Assembly: GCA_963772365.1 (NCBI GenBank) | Contig: CAVYXA010000003.1 | Coordinates: forward strand, 192,001 to 256,000 | DNA length: 64,000 nt | Direction of reading: 5' to 3' | Origin: an uncultured Verrucomicrobiae bacterium | GTDB taxonomy: Bacteria; Verrucomicrobiota; Verrucomicrobiia; Chthoniobacterales; UBA10450 | Part shown: positions 50,069-59,194 of the stretch, piece by piece | How positions within the stretch are numbered: the first letter of the stretch is position 1 | How the letters are laid out: every line of letters starts with the position of its first letter | Notes under the pieces: generated by a model | Databases searched by the model: none | What the model was told of the DNA's origin: nothing | The model's input: only the letters and a program-made list of their open reading frames with translations | Made by a program: the position numbers and the translations under genes

Positions 50069-51460
50069 TCATTTCATTACCACCGCACGCATCAATTCAT
50101 CCAGGTTTTTTGCTTCATCCAGTTTCCAGGCAAGATCGACAATCTTTTTCGCGCGGACTTCACCAATGGCCGGCACGACCGACGAATTGAACTTTCCTTC
50201 CAATTGCTCGTCAGATACCGGATTCAGCGCGTTGCCTAACGGATAATCGACCCGCTTCGTCAGCTCGCGCCCGTCCTGCAACGTGACGCGCACAATGTTC
50301 GCGACCGCCTTGGCGTAAAGCGAGCTCAACTCCGCATTGCGCTGGACCGTGACGTTCTCGAGAAATTTCCAGATTTTCGGATCGGTGAAACGTTTCGGCT
50401 CAAATTGTCGATCCGTCACTTCGCCGTCGATCAATGCAATGCTGGTGATATACGGCAGACTGTGATCGGCGGTCTCGCGCGTCTCCGGTTTCCATTTCTC
50501 CGGCTCGCTTCCAATGATATCGACCGACGCATCGTGACTCTCGATCCGGACCGATTGAATTTTCGCCGGATCGCCGATCTCCTTTCGCAAAAACAATGCG
50601 GCCTCAATGGCGCTCTGGGAGTGATATTCCGCCGGCCAATATTTGATGCTCGTTTTCAAAATCATTGATGCCGGACCTTTCCCTGGCATCGCTTCCTGCT
50701 TTTTGTCGAAGACTTCAGCTACGTTGCCCAACGAAACGCCCAGCTCTTTCTCGAATCCCATTTGGCCTTCGAAGATGGGCGCCGGTCCGGTCATTCCGGC
50801 GCGCGCCAGCAACGCGGCGTAAACACCGTGCCGCGCGGCATTGGCAAAGGCCACGCCTTTCCAATGCGAAAGCTCGCCCACTCGTGCCTGCCGGAACGCG
50901 GCACAGTTTACACCGGCGATGTTGATCGCGTGGCGGGTCCGCTCGGGGTCGAGCTTCATCAATTTCGCTGCTGCCAGTGCGGTTGAAAATGCGCCATAGG
51001 TCGGGTGATCCCAACCGCGGGCGCGAATGCTCGCCGCATCGCACAAGCGACATTGAACTTCGTAGGCAATCGCTGCGGCAGTGATTGCTTCGCGCCCCGT
51101 CGCACCAACACTTTCCGCGACTGCGAAGACCGCAGAGAGATTGTCGCTCGGATGCGCGGGTTCCTTGGACAAATACGTATCGTTGTAGTCAAAATAACGA
51201 ATGCAACAGCCGGTGGCAAAAGCGGCCCAATCCGGCGGCGCTTTGTGATCTGTTCCGATGATTGTCGATCCTGACTTTGCCGAAAAATCCAATGCGACTT
51301 TTCGTGCAATTGCGCACGGCTCTTCCTTCCACGCGCCGAGTGCGCACCCGATCGAATCGATCACGCGACGTTTCACTTCGTGAACGACGTCTTTGGAAAG
51401 ATCTTCGAATTGAAGTGAACAGGCGTATTCGGCGAGCTGATGAGCGAGCGATTTTGTCAT
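50069..51460 (-). CDS. prpD: 2-methylcitrate dehydratase (MmgE/PrpD family)
   Basis: IRYFDYNDTY...HPSDN, GELSHWKG, KYWPAEYHSQ and RETADHSLPY motifs. Confidence 0.92.
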   Translation of the reverse strand: MTKSLAHQLAEYACSLQFEDLSKDVVHEVKRRVIDSIGCALGAWKEEPCAIARKVALDFSAKSGSTIIGTDHKAPPDWAAFATGCCIRYFDYNDTYLSKEPAHPSDNLSAVFAVAESVGATGREAITAAAIAYEVQCRLCDAASIRARGWDHPTYGAFSTALAAAKLMKLDPERTRHAINIAGVNCAAFRQARVGELSHWKGVAFANAARHGVYAALLARAGMTGPAPIFEGQMGFEKELGVSLGNVAEVFDKKQEAMPGKGPASMILKTSIKYWPAEYHSQSAIEAALFLRKEIGDPAKIQSVRIESHDASVDIIGSEPEKWKPETRETADHSLPYITSIALIDGEVTDRQFEPKRFTDPKIWKFLENVTVQRNAELSSLYAKAVANIVRVTLQDGRELTKRVDYPLGNALNPVSDEQLEGKFNSSVVPAIGEVRAKKIVDLAWKLDEAKNLDELMRAVVMK

Positions 51461-51691
51461 GGGAAAAATTGAAGCTCCAATCTGCCGACGAAATGCCGGT
51501 CGGCAAGCCGATGTAGAACGGGACGCCGACTCTCGCTGCTAAGCCTTCACGCTAAGAGACGGAGCAGGCATGCATCCATCTTCGCCAGCGCGTGACGATT
51601 TTCAAAGAGATGGCGCGATGCGATTACAGCTTTCAATTTCTAACTTGAGACTGAATCTTGAAAGTCGCGTCCAACACGCGAGGATGACGCC

Positions 51692-51991
51692 GTGAAAAAA
51701 TCCAAGAAGGCCGAACGCGATATTGTTTCTCCTTTTCGCAATAAGCTTTGGGATTTGTTCGAAGAGCTAGCCAAAGGAATGGACGGCGCCAAAGTTGTAA
51801 TCGCGCTCAAGCAAGCGGGCGAAGAGATCTGGGCCGCAGGTATTGACGGCACTTACAGCGACATGCCCGAGCGAGAGCAGGAGAAGGAGTCGCTCGGGAA
51901 TGCCTTCGACATCGCCTGGCTCACTGTGGTTTGCATTAAGCTCAAAGAAATGAAGCAGGGCAAAAAGCCAAAAGTCCGAATTCGCGCCTGA
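51692..51991 (+). CDS. Hypothetical protein
   Basis: 99-aa ORF with GAGGA SD-like motif before GTG; no family recognised. Confidence 0.55.
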   Translation: MKKSKKAERDIVSPFRNKLWDLFEELAKGMDGAKVVIALKQAGEEIWAAGIDGTYSDMPEREQEKESLGNAFDIAWLTVVCIKLKEMKQGKKPKVRIRA

Positions 51992-52089
51992 CCATTTTCC
52001 TTCGGGGCACTGTGAGCCCTCCCACCTTTCGGCGATTGCAGAATTCATCCGTGCGCATCCGCACAATTCGTGGTTAAGGTTCTTTCGGT

Positions 52090-53439
52090 ATGAGCAAAGT
52101 TTACCCTGACGCCAAGGCCGCGCTGGACGGCTTGCTGCACGACAACATGACCATCGCAGCAGGAGGATTTGGCTTGTGCGGCATACCGGAAAATCTCATC
52201 GCCGCGCTTCGGGACAGTGGCGTGAAAGGTCTGACCATCGTCGGGAACAACGCTGGGGTGGACGACTTCGGCATGGGACTTCTTCTCACCACGCATCAGG
52301 TGAAAAAAGTGATGGCGTCTTATGTGGGCGAAAATAAGGAGTTCGAGCGCCAGGTCTTGAGCGGCGAGCTGGAACTTGAGCTAATTCCGCAGGGCACGTT
52401 GGCCGAGCGATTGCGCGCTGGCGGCGCGGGTATTCCCGGTTTCTTCACGCGCACCGGTTTTGGAACGAAATTGACTGAGGGCAAAGAGACAAAACAATTC
52501 GAGGGCGTCGAATACGTCCTGGAGCCCGGAATCAAGGCTGAGGTCTCGTTAGTCAAGGCTTGGAAGGGAGACAAGTCCGGCAATCTCATTTATCGCGAAA
52601 CGGCCCGGAATTTCAATCCGATGATCGCGAGCTGCGGCAAGGTTTGTGTCGCGGAAGTCGAGCAGCTGGTGGAAATCGGTGAGCTGGATCCCGACGAGAT
52701 TCACACGCCGGGAATTTATGTCGATCGAATTTTGCAGGGCGCGAAATACGAGAAGCGAATTGAGTTTCGCACCGTGCAGGGCGCGGCCGTGGCGAAGGCA
52801 GGATCGACAGTGCGCGATCTACTCGCGAAGCGCGCCGCGAAGGAACTGCGCGAGGGCTACTATGTCAATCTTGGTATCGGTATCCCGACGCTGGTCGCGA
52901 ATTACATTCCCGAAGGGATGAATGTCACACTTCAATCCGAGAACGGTTTATTAGGCATCGGTCCGTTTCCGAAACCGGGCGACGAAGATCCCGATTTGAT
53001 CAACGCCGGCAAACAAACCATCACGACCATGCCCGGCTCGGCATTTTTCTCCAGCGCGGATTCGTTCGCCCAAATTCGCGGCGGCCACATCGACCTCGCT
53101 ATTCTCGGCGCCTTTGAAGTCACCGACAAAGGCGACATCGCCAACTGGATGATCCCCGGCAAAATGATCAAAGGTCCCGGTGGTGCGATGGATCTCGTCG
53201 CCGGAGTGAAACGGGTCGTCGCTGTGATGGAACACACGTCGAAAGATGGTAGCCCAAAGATTTTGGAGAAATGCACGCTGCCCATCACGGGCTTGGGCGT
53301 CGTCAACCTCATCATCACCGATCTGTGTGTGTTCGAAGTAAATGAAGGCGGCGGTCTCGTGCTTATTGAATTACATCCCGGCGTTACAGTGGACGATGTT
53401 CGCGCGAAGACCGGTGTCCCGTTCGAAGTCGCGCTCTAA
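52090..53439 (+). CDS. Fused alpha/beta 3-oxoacid CoA-transferase (succinyl-CoA:acetoacetate type)
   Basis: [18 protein letters not shown] and ARNFNP (alpha half); NLGIGIP, QSENG and GGAMDL (beta half), all in one ORF. Confidence 0.92.
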   Translation: MSKVYPDAKAALDGLLHDNMTIAAGGFGLCGIPENLIAALRDSGVKGLTIVGNNAGVDDFGMGLLLTTHQVKKVMASYVGENKEFERQVLSGELELELIPQGTLAERLRAGGAGIPGFFTRTGFGTKLTEGKETKQFEGVEYVLEPGIKAEVSLVKAWKGDKSGNLIYRETARNFNPMIASCGKVCVAEVEQLVEIGELDPDEIHTPGIYVDRILQGAKYEKRIEFRTVQGAAVAKAGSTVRDLLAKRAAKELREGYYVNLGIGIPTLVANYIPEGMNVTLQSENGLLGIGPFPKPGDEDPDLINAGKQTITTMPGSAFFSSADSFAQIRGGHIDLAILGAFEVTDKGDIANWMIPGKMIKGPGGAMDLVAGVKRVVAVMEHTSKDGSPKILEKCTLPITGLGVVNLIITDLCVFEVNEGGGLVLIELHPGVTVDDVRAKTGVPFEVAL

Positions 53440-53448
53440 ACCCTACGA

Positions 53449-53919
53449 ATGATGCGCCCAGGTTTTGCAATTCTCGTTCTGCTTAGCCTTCTGCCAGCCA
53501 AAGCCGGGGCCGATTCCTCCGACCCACCCAAATCTGCGCGACCATTCGACAGGTATCGTGCAATCTTTGCTATCGGCGTTCAGTCCGTGGACGCCGACTG
53601 GACGATCGAGGCCCGGGAATACCTGCTCAGCGAAATCAGTCGCCGCGCCGGAGAGGAAAAGTTGCTCGTATCTACCGACAACAACTTGACCCCTGAGAAA
53701 TTTCGGGCGGATAACAAACTTGAAATGAATCAGGTGATCTACCTGATCATGACGTTTGAAGACAGCAAGAGTGTAAAAGGCCGCGTGAATTTCACGCTGA
53801 ACGCACAGAACTTTTATATTCAAGGCGCGGTCTTCGAACCGGGAACTTCATTTGCCAAGGCGAAACCATTCCTCGACCGCATGCTCAACGGGTTCTTCGA
53901 ATACGGCGAAGGTAAATAG
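53449..53919 (+). CDS. Secreted hypothetical protein
   Basis: Signal peptide (FAILVLLSLLPAKA); no family recognised. Confidence 0.65.
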   Translation: MMRPGFAILVLLSLLPAKAGADSSDPPKSARPFDRYRAIFAIGVQSVDADWTIEAREYLLSEISRRAGEEKLLVSTDNNLTPEKFRADNKLEMNQVIYLIMTFEDSKSVKGRVNFTLNAQNFYIQGAVFEPGTSFAKAKPFLDRMLNGFFEYGEGK

Positions 53920-53924
53920 TTAAC

Positions 53925-54114
53925 CCGAACCGGATTTTTTCGCGCGGATAGATCAGGACCAGCGCCGACACGTTAATCCAGCACGCGATCATGAAGATGA
54001 ATCCCATATCGAACGAGTTGTTACGCTGGCTCAGAACGCCAATAATTTTCGGACCGACAAATCCGCCACTGCTCGCAGTGCAATTGAAGGCGCCCACCAT
54101 TGCCGCCGCGGCTG
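53925..54114 (-). pseudogene. 3' fragment of an MFS transporter gene, paralogous to the end of 57308..58588
   Basis: AAAAMVGAFNCTASSGGFVGPKIIGVLSQR...MIACWINVSALVLIYPRE aligns without gaps to AAAAAVGFINCTASIGGYAGPKIFGELSQR...MIACWVIASVLVLICPRE. Confidence 0.85.
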
Positions 54115-54146
54115 GCCTGGTTTGCCCGCTGGTCTATCATTTGCTT

Positions 54147-57100
54147 GTGAAAATTTGCGCTCGTATTCTTTCGATCTTTATTTTCGCAGTCGCCGGCACC
54201 ACCCTGGCCGCACCGGATTTTTCGTCCCTGTTGCATTGGCGAAATATTGGTCCGTTTCGCGGCGGACGGGTGCGCGCGATCTCGGGCGTGCCGTCTCAGC
54301 CTAACGTTTTCTATTTCGCGCAGGTAAACGGCGGCGTCTTTCGGAGCGACGATTTTGGACGCACTTGGAACCCGATCTTTGACGATCAACCGACAGCGTC
54401 CGTCGGTGCACTCGCGGTTTCGATTTCAAACCCAAATATTATCTATGTCGGCAGTGGCGAAGGGTTGCATCGGCCCGACCTCTCCGTCGGCAACGGCATT
54501 TACAAATCGACTGATGCCGGAAAAACATGGGCCCACCTTGGACTGCGCGACGGTCAGCAGATCGCGCAGATCGCGATCGATCCGAAGAGTCCGGATCACG
54601 TTCTCGTCGCGGTCGCCGGCCATCCCTACGGGCCGAACGAAGAGCGCGGTATTTTCCTTTCCACCGATGGCGGGAAGACGTTTGCGAAGACACTTTACAG
54701 GAGTGAAAACGTGGGTGGGAATGACGTGCAGATTGATCCACAAAATCCACGGATCGTTTATGCCTCGCTCTGGGAAGCGCGGGAAGGTCCGTGGGAAAAC
54801 GGAGAGTGGCGCGGCGGCGATGGCGGGATTTTCAAATCGATCGATGGCGGCAAAACCTGGAGGCAACTGGCAGGCGATTTGCCTAACGACATCACCCAAG
54901 CCAATCTCGCGACCGCTCCGAATGCGCCGCAGCAACTCTTCGCCGCGGTCGCCACGCCAAAGGCGGTAAAACTCTACCGCTCGGAAGATGGTGGAGAGAA
55001 CTGGCAAGTCGCCACGAAGGACGATCGCCCTGCTGGCCGGATCGGCGGTGGCGACCTGCCGGTGCCGCGGATCGATCCGCAAAACCCCAATGTCATCTAT
55101 TCCGCGAGCGTCGTTTGCTGGAAATCGACTGATGGCGGCAAGACCTGGGACGGTTGGCGCGGCGCGCCGGGCGGAGACGATTATCAGAACGTCTGGATTT
55201 CGCCTAACGATTCTAACATTGTCATGCTGGCAAGCGATCAAGGTGCGATCATTACCGTGAACGGCGGCGCGACCTGGAGCTCTTGGTATAACCAGTCCAC
55301 CGCGCAGCTTTATCATGTCAGCGCCGACAACCAGTTCCCGTATCACCTCTACAGCGGGCAACAGGAAAGCGGCTCGGTTGGGATCGCGAGCCGCGGACCG
55401 AACGGCGAGATCACTTTTCGCGACTGGCATCCGGTCGGCGCGGAGGAATACGGCTTTGTCACGGCCGATCCGCTCGATCCAAATTTCGTTTACGGTGGGA
55501 AACTAAGCCGTTACGACCGGCGCACCCATCAGGCCCAGGACATTCTCCCGAAGGCGTTCAGGTCCGATGAGTTTCGCGTCTTGCGAAGCGAACCGGTGAT
55601 CTTCTCCCCGATCGATCCGCATCTGCTATTTTTTGCCGCCAACACGCTCTGGCAAACTCGCGACGCCGGCAAAAATTGGAATGAGTTCAGTCCCGATCTG
55701 ACGCGCAAAAACTGGGAGATTCCGGCGAGCGTCGGAAAATTTCGCGATCGACCGACCGCGCAATCACGGCAGCGCGGCGTGATCTACGCGGTTGCGCCAT
55801 CGCCTTTGGACAAGAATCGAATTTGGGTTGGAACCGATGACGGTCTCATTCATCTGACCGCTGACAGCGGCAAAAACTGGAAGAACGTCACGCCTCCGCA
55901 GATCGGCGCGTGGTGGAAAATTTCTCTTATGGATGCGAGCCATTTCGACGCCAGGACTGCGTACGCGGCGGTGAATACGATCCGGCTCGATGATCTGCGG
56001 CCGCACATTTATCGCACCAGTGACGATGGCAAAACCTGGCAGGAAATCGTGCACGGGTTGCCTAATGATGAAAATGTCAACGCCGTGCGCGAGGATCCGC
56101 AACGACGTGGCCTTCTCTTTGCCGGGACGGAGCGCGGCGTCCATGTCTCCTTCGACAATGGCGACAACTGGCAATCTCTCCGGATCAATCTGCCGGCCAC
56201 GTCAGTGCGCGACCTGATCATCAAGGATGATGATCTCTGCATCGCGACGCATGGGCGCGGGTTTTGGATTCTCGATAACATCACGCCTTTGCGGCAGCTT
56301 CACCCTAACGATGAGATCGCCGCCCAGCTCTTCAAGCCGCAAACCGCGATGCGTGTCCGTTGGAACACCAACACAGATACCCCGCTTCCGCCAGATGAGC
56401 AGGCGGGCGAAAATCCGCCGGAAGGCGCGATGATCGATTATGCGTTAGATAACGATGTTGCCGGTCCAATCACTCTCGAGATCAAGGACGCCGGCGGAAA
56501 ATTGGTTCGCCGGTATTCGAGCAGCGAGCCGGTGCCGACACCGGAGCCGAAGCTAAAGATTCCGAAATACTGGCTACGACAGCCGCAACAGCTTTCCGCA
56601 ACGCCGGGATTGCATCGTTTTTTCTGGGACCTGCACGGCCAACCAATGGCCGGCATCGAGCCCGAATATCCAATGACCGCGGTCGAACATGAGACTGCGC
56701 CGCAGCCGACTGCACCGTGGGTTTTGCCGGGTGATTATACCGTGAGTTTAACAACTTCGGGAAAGACCTACACGCAGAGGTTGACTCTGAAGATGGATCC
56801 GCGCGTCAAAGCTTCCGCGGACGATTTGAAGAAGCAGTTCGACGCTTCACAAAAAATCGCGTCGCTGCGCTCTGAGCTCGAACCGGTTGGAAAGCAGTAC
56901 CATAAACTTGTCGGCGAAATGCAAAAGATTCGACAACCGGTGCACAAGAAGGATGTGCCGGAGCAGATCGACGCACTTTGGAAGCAACTCGAAGCTCTCG
57001 CCAGCCCTGCCGCAGTCCGCCAGGAATCACTCGGCCTCGATATCTTGAATAAGGTGAGACAATTGTTTCGCGATCTTCAGCAGGTTGATGCCGCGCCGAC

Positions 57101-57236
57101 GTCGCAACAACTGGCAGCAGTGAAAACGTTGGCGCACCAAACGCCTGCGGCTCTGGAGCGGTGGAAGAAGATTCCGCCCGAGGTCGGGGTCCTCAACGCG
57201 CAGCTGAAGTCGGCCGGAATCGAACCGATAGAGTAG
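54147..57236 (+). CDS. Large secreted BNR-repeat (sortilin/VPS10-like, glycoside hydrolase-fold) protein
   Basis: WRNIGPFRGGR, many SxDGGKTW boxes, ATHGRGFWILD; signal peptide after GTG 54147. Confidence 0.88.
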   Translation: MKICARILSIFIFAVAGTTLAAPDFSSLLHWRNIGPFRGGRVRAISGVPSQPNVFYFAQVNGGVFRSDDFGRTWNPIFDDQPTASVGALAVSISNPNIIYVGSGEGLHRPDLSVGNGIYKSTDAGKTWAHLGLRDGQQIAQIAIDPKSPDHVLVAVAGHPYGPNEERGIFLSTDGGKTFAKTLYRSENVGGNDVQIDPQNPRIVYASLWEAREGPWENGEWRGGDGGIFKSIDGGKTWRQLAGDLPNDITQANLATAPNAPQQLFAAVATPKAVKLYRSEDGGENWQVATKDDRPAGRIGGGDLPVPRIDPQNPNVIYSASVVCWKSTDGGKTWDGWRGAPGGDDYQNVWISPNDSNIVMLASDQGAIITVNGGATWSSWYNQSTAQLYHVSADNQFPYHLYSGQQESGSVGIASRGPNGEITFRDWHPVGAEEYGFVTADPLDPNFVYGGKLSRYDRRTHQAQDILPKAFRSDEFRVLRSEPVIFSPIDPHLLFFAANTLWQTRDAGKNWNEFSPDLTRKNWEIPASVGKFRDRPTAQSRQRGVIYAVAPSPLDKNRIWVGTDDGLIHLTADSGKNWKNVTPPQIGAWWKISLMDASHFDARTAYAAVNTIRLDDLRPHIYRTSDDGKTWQEIVHGLPNDENVNAVREDPQRRGLLFAGTERGVHVSFDNGDNWQSLRINLPATSVRDLIIKDDDLCIATHGRGFWILDNITPLRQLHPNDEIAAQLFKPQTAMRVRWNTNTDTPLPPDEQAGENPPEGAMIDYALDNDVAGPITLEIKDAGGKLVRRYSSSEPVPTPEPKLKIPKYWLRQPQQLSATPGLHRFFWDLHGQPMAGIEPEYPMTAVEHETAPQPTAPWVLPGDYTVSLTTSGKTYTQRLTLKMDPRVKASADDLKKQFDASQKIASLRSELEPVGKQYHKLVGEMQKIRQPVHKKDVPEQIDALWKQLEALASPAAVRQESLGLDILNKVRQLFRDLQQVDAAPTSQQLAAVKTLAHQTPAALERWKKIPPEVGVLNAQLKSAGIEPIE

Positions 57237-57290
57237 GGCAACCGTCTCGGTTGCCGTTTTTGGGATCGGCAGGCGGTGCGCCTGCCCTAC
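57233..57290. repeat. Inverted pair of GTAG REPs (REPIN-like)
   Basis: GTAG-GGCAACCG-tct-CGGTTGCC ... GGCAGGCG-gtg-CGCCTGCC-CTAC. Confidence 0.85.
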
Positions 57291-57307
57291 AATGACCGCG
57301 ACCTCTT

Positions 57308-58588
57308 TTACTCTACTCGTTCCCGCGGGCAGATCAGCACCAGCACCGAAGCGATCACCCAACAGGCGATCATCACGACGAAACCAGTGTTAAATGATCC
57401 CGTGCGCTGACTTAGTTCGCCGAAAATTTTTGGCCCGGCGTATCCGCCAATGCTTGCGGTGCAATTGATAAAGCCGACCGCCGCGGCCGCGGCTGAACTC
57501 GTTAAAAAAGCTGACGGGAGCGCCCAGAACGATGGTAAATAGGCGACTGTGCCAAACCCAAGCAGCGTGAACATTGCGATGAGGAACACGTTCGAGTGTG
57601 GAATGAAAAACCAAATGGCTAGCGCCAACGCAGCCGTGAATTGTGGGATTACAAAATGCCAGCGACGTTCGCCAGTGCGATCGGAACTCGACCCGAGCAG
57701 CAACATTCCAACAAGGCCAGCGCCAAAAATAAGGACGGCAAACCAGCTAACTTTCAAGGTGCTCCATCCCGTGAATCGTTGAAGCATCGTCGGCTCCCAA
57801 AGCCAAAATGCGTATCCGCCACTATAGGTAAAAAACAATCCTGCAGTCAGGATCAACACAGGCGGGTGCCGAAGCGCCTGCCAGATCGTCATATGCCCGA
57901 TGTGTGTTTTCGCGCGCTGTTCTCCTTCCAATTTCGAAACCACCCAATCGCGTTCGTCCGCGCGAAGCCATCGGACGTCGTTAGGCCGGTCGGGAAGGAC
58001 AAAAAATGTCGCGATTCCCAAAATGACAGCCGGAATCCCTTCCAACAAAAAAAGCCAGCGCCAGCCAGAAAGATTCAGCCAATGAACGCCCAAGATTTCT
58101 CCGGCAATCGGCCCGCCGACAATAAAGCCTAGCGGAATTGCGGACATGAAACGCGCAACGGCCTTGGCGCGGTCTTCATAAATGAACCAATGCGATAGAT
58201 AAACGATCACGCCAGGGAAAAATCCCGCCTCAGCCATGCCCAACAAGAAACGCGCGCCGTAAAGTTGTAATGGAGTGTGGACAAAACCTGTCAAAGTCGT
58301 GAAGGCTCCCCACGTTATCAACGTCAGAGCAAGCAGTCGCCGCGCGCTCCAATGCTCCACAAGGAGCGCTCCCGGAATCTGTAGCGCGAAGTATCCGATA
58401 AAAAAAAGGCCGTACGCGCTGCCGATAACTGAATCGGTAAGACCCAGGCCTTTCATGCCGAGCGTCGCGTAGGCGATGTTGGTGCGATCGAGATAATTCG
58501 CGACGTAAAGCAGAAACAGAAACGGCAAAAGTCGCCACGCGATGCGTTTTCGTGCCGTTGCTCCTTCGATGCTTGATAAAGAAACCAT
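57308..58588 (-). CDS. MFS transporter, anion:cation symporter (tartrate/TtuB-like) family
   Basis: WRLLPFL, YLDRTNI, AEAGFFPG, GWRWLFLLEGIPA and SDRTGERRWH motifs. Confidence 0.92.
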   Translation of the reverse strand: MVSLSSIEGATARKRIAWRLLPFLFLLYVANYLDRTNIAYATLGMKGLGLTDSVIGSAYGLFFIGYFALQIPGALLVEHWSARRLLALTLITWGAFTTLTGFVHTPLQLYGARFLLGMAEAGFFPGVIVYLSHWFIYEDRAKAVARFMSAIPLGFIVGGPIAGEILGVHWLNLSGWRWLFLLEGIPAVILGIATFFVLPDRPNDVRWLRADERDWVVSKLEGEQRAKTHIGHMTIWQALRHPPVLILTAGLFFTYSGGYAFWLWEPTMLQRFTGWSTLKVSWFAVLIFGAGLVGMLLLGSSSDRTGERRWHFVIPQFTAALALAIWFFIPHSNVFLIAMFTLLGFGTVAYLPSFWALPSAFLTSSAAAAAVGFINCTASIGGYAGPKIFGELSQRTGSFNTGFVVMIACWVIASVLVLICPRERVE

Positions 58589-58688
58589 GGATTGCGCGCA
58601 GCATAGCGTTATGCCCGGGGCTCACAATTTAATTCAGGCCGAGCGAAGAACATTGATCGTGTTCGACGAACCTTGATATGTTTTGGAT

Positions 58689-59105
58689 ATGACTCGATCA
58701 CGCTCTCTTCTGTGTGCCTTGGCTGCCATGCTTGGAATCATCAGCGCGATCGCGGCCGATTCATCCAACTGGGTTGGCGAATACGCGACCAAGAATTTCC
58801 TGAACGGGCAGGCAGTTTTTCAGATGAGCATCGAGCAATCAGGAAAAGCAATCCAGATAGCATTCGACGCCGGTTACAACGATGGACATGGCGCCGCTCC
58901 CGACGCGACTGGGCAAGGAAGAATCACCGACAAAGGCACGATCGAATTCCGCTGGGAAGATAGCTTCAACAACAGCGGCACCGGCACAATCGCTCACGCC
59001 GGGGACGGCATTATCGCGTCCTTGAAAATGAGTCATGTTGTCGAACCTCGATGTCTGGCTCTTTACGGACAGAACATCCGTCTCAAGCGGGTCGGCAAAA
59101 AATAG
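58689..59105 (+). CDS. Secreted hypothetical protein
   Basis: Signal peptide; WVGEY...FRWEDSFNNSGTG, beta-rich. Confidence 0.7.
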   Translation: MTRSRSLLCALAAMLGIISAIAADSSNWVGEYATKNFLNGQAVFQMSIEQSGKAIQIAFDAGYNDGHGAAPDATGQGRITDKGTIEFRWEDSFNNSGTGTIAHAGDGIIASLKMSHVVEPRCLALYGQNIRLKRVGKK

Positions 59106-59111
59106 CCTGGT

Positions 59112-59177
59112 CTAGTGTCCGCTGTCCTCAGCGGAAGTTAGATGGATGAAGGAGTGCGCAGGGACAGCGCACGCTAC
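59112..59177. repeat. Inverted REP pair between convergent genes
   Basis: cTAGTG-TCCGCTG-tcct-CAGCGGA ... GTGCGC-agggaca-GCGCAC-GCTAC. Confidence 0.75.
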
Positions 59178-59194
59178 AGTATTGAAGAGGAGGA

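Noticed and set aside
53991..54146. Extended N-terminus of the BNR protein
   Set aside because: It is the antisense of the MFS fragment; the signal peptide begins at GTG 54147.
54426..55430. Long antisense ORFs (also 542-1279, 3595-4332, 49102-49926, 60134-60994)
   Set aside because: Shadow frames of well-supported genes in GC-rich DNA, with no recognisable motifs.
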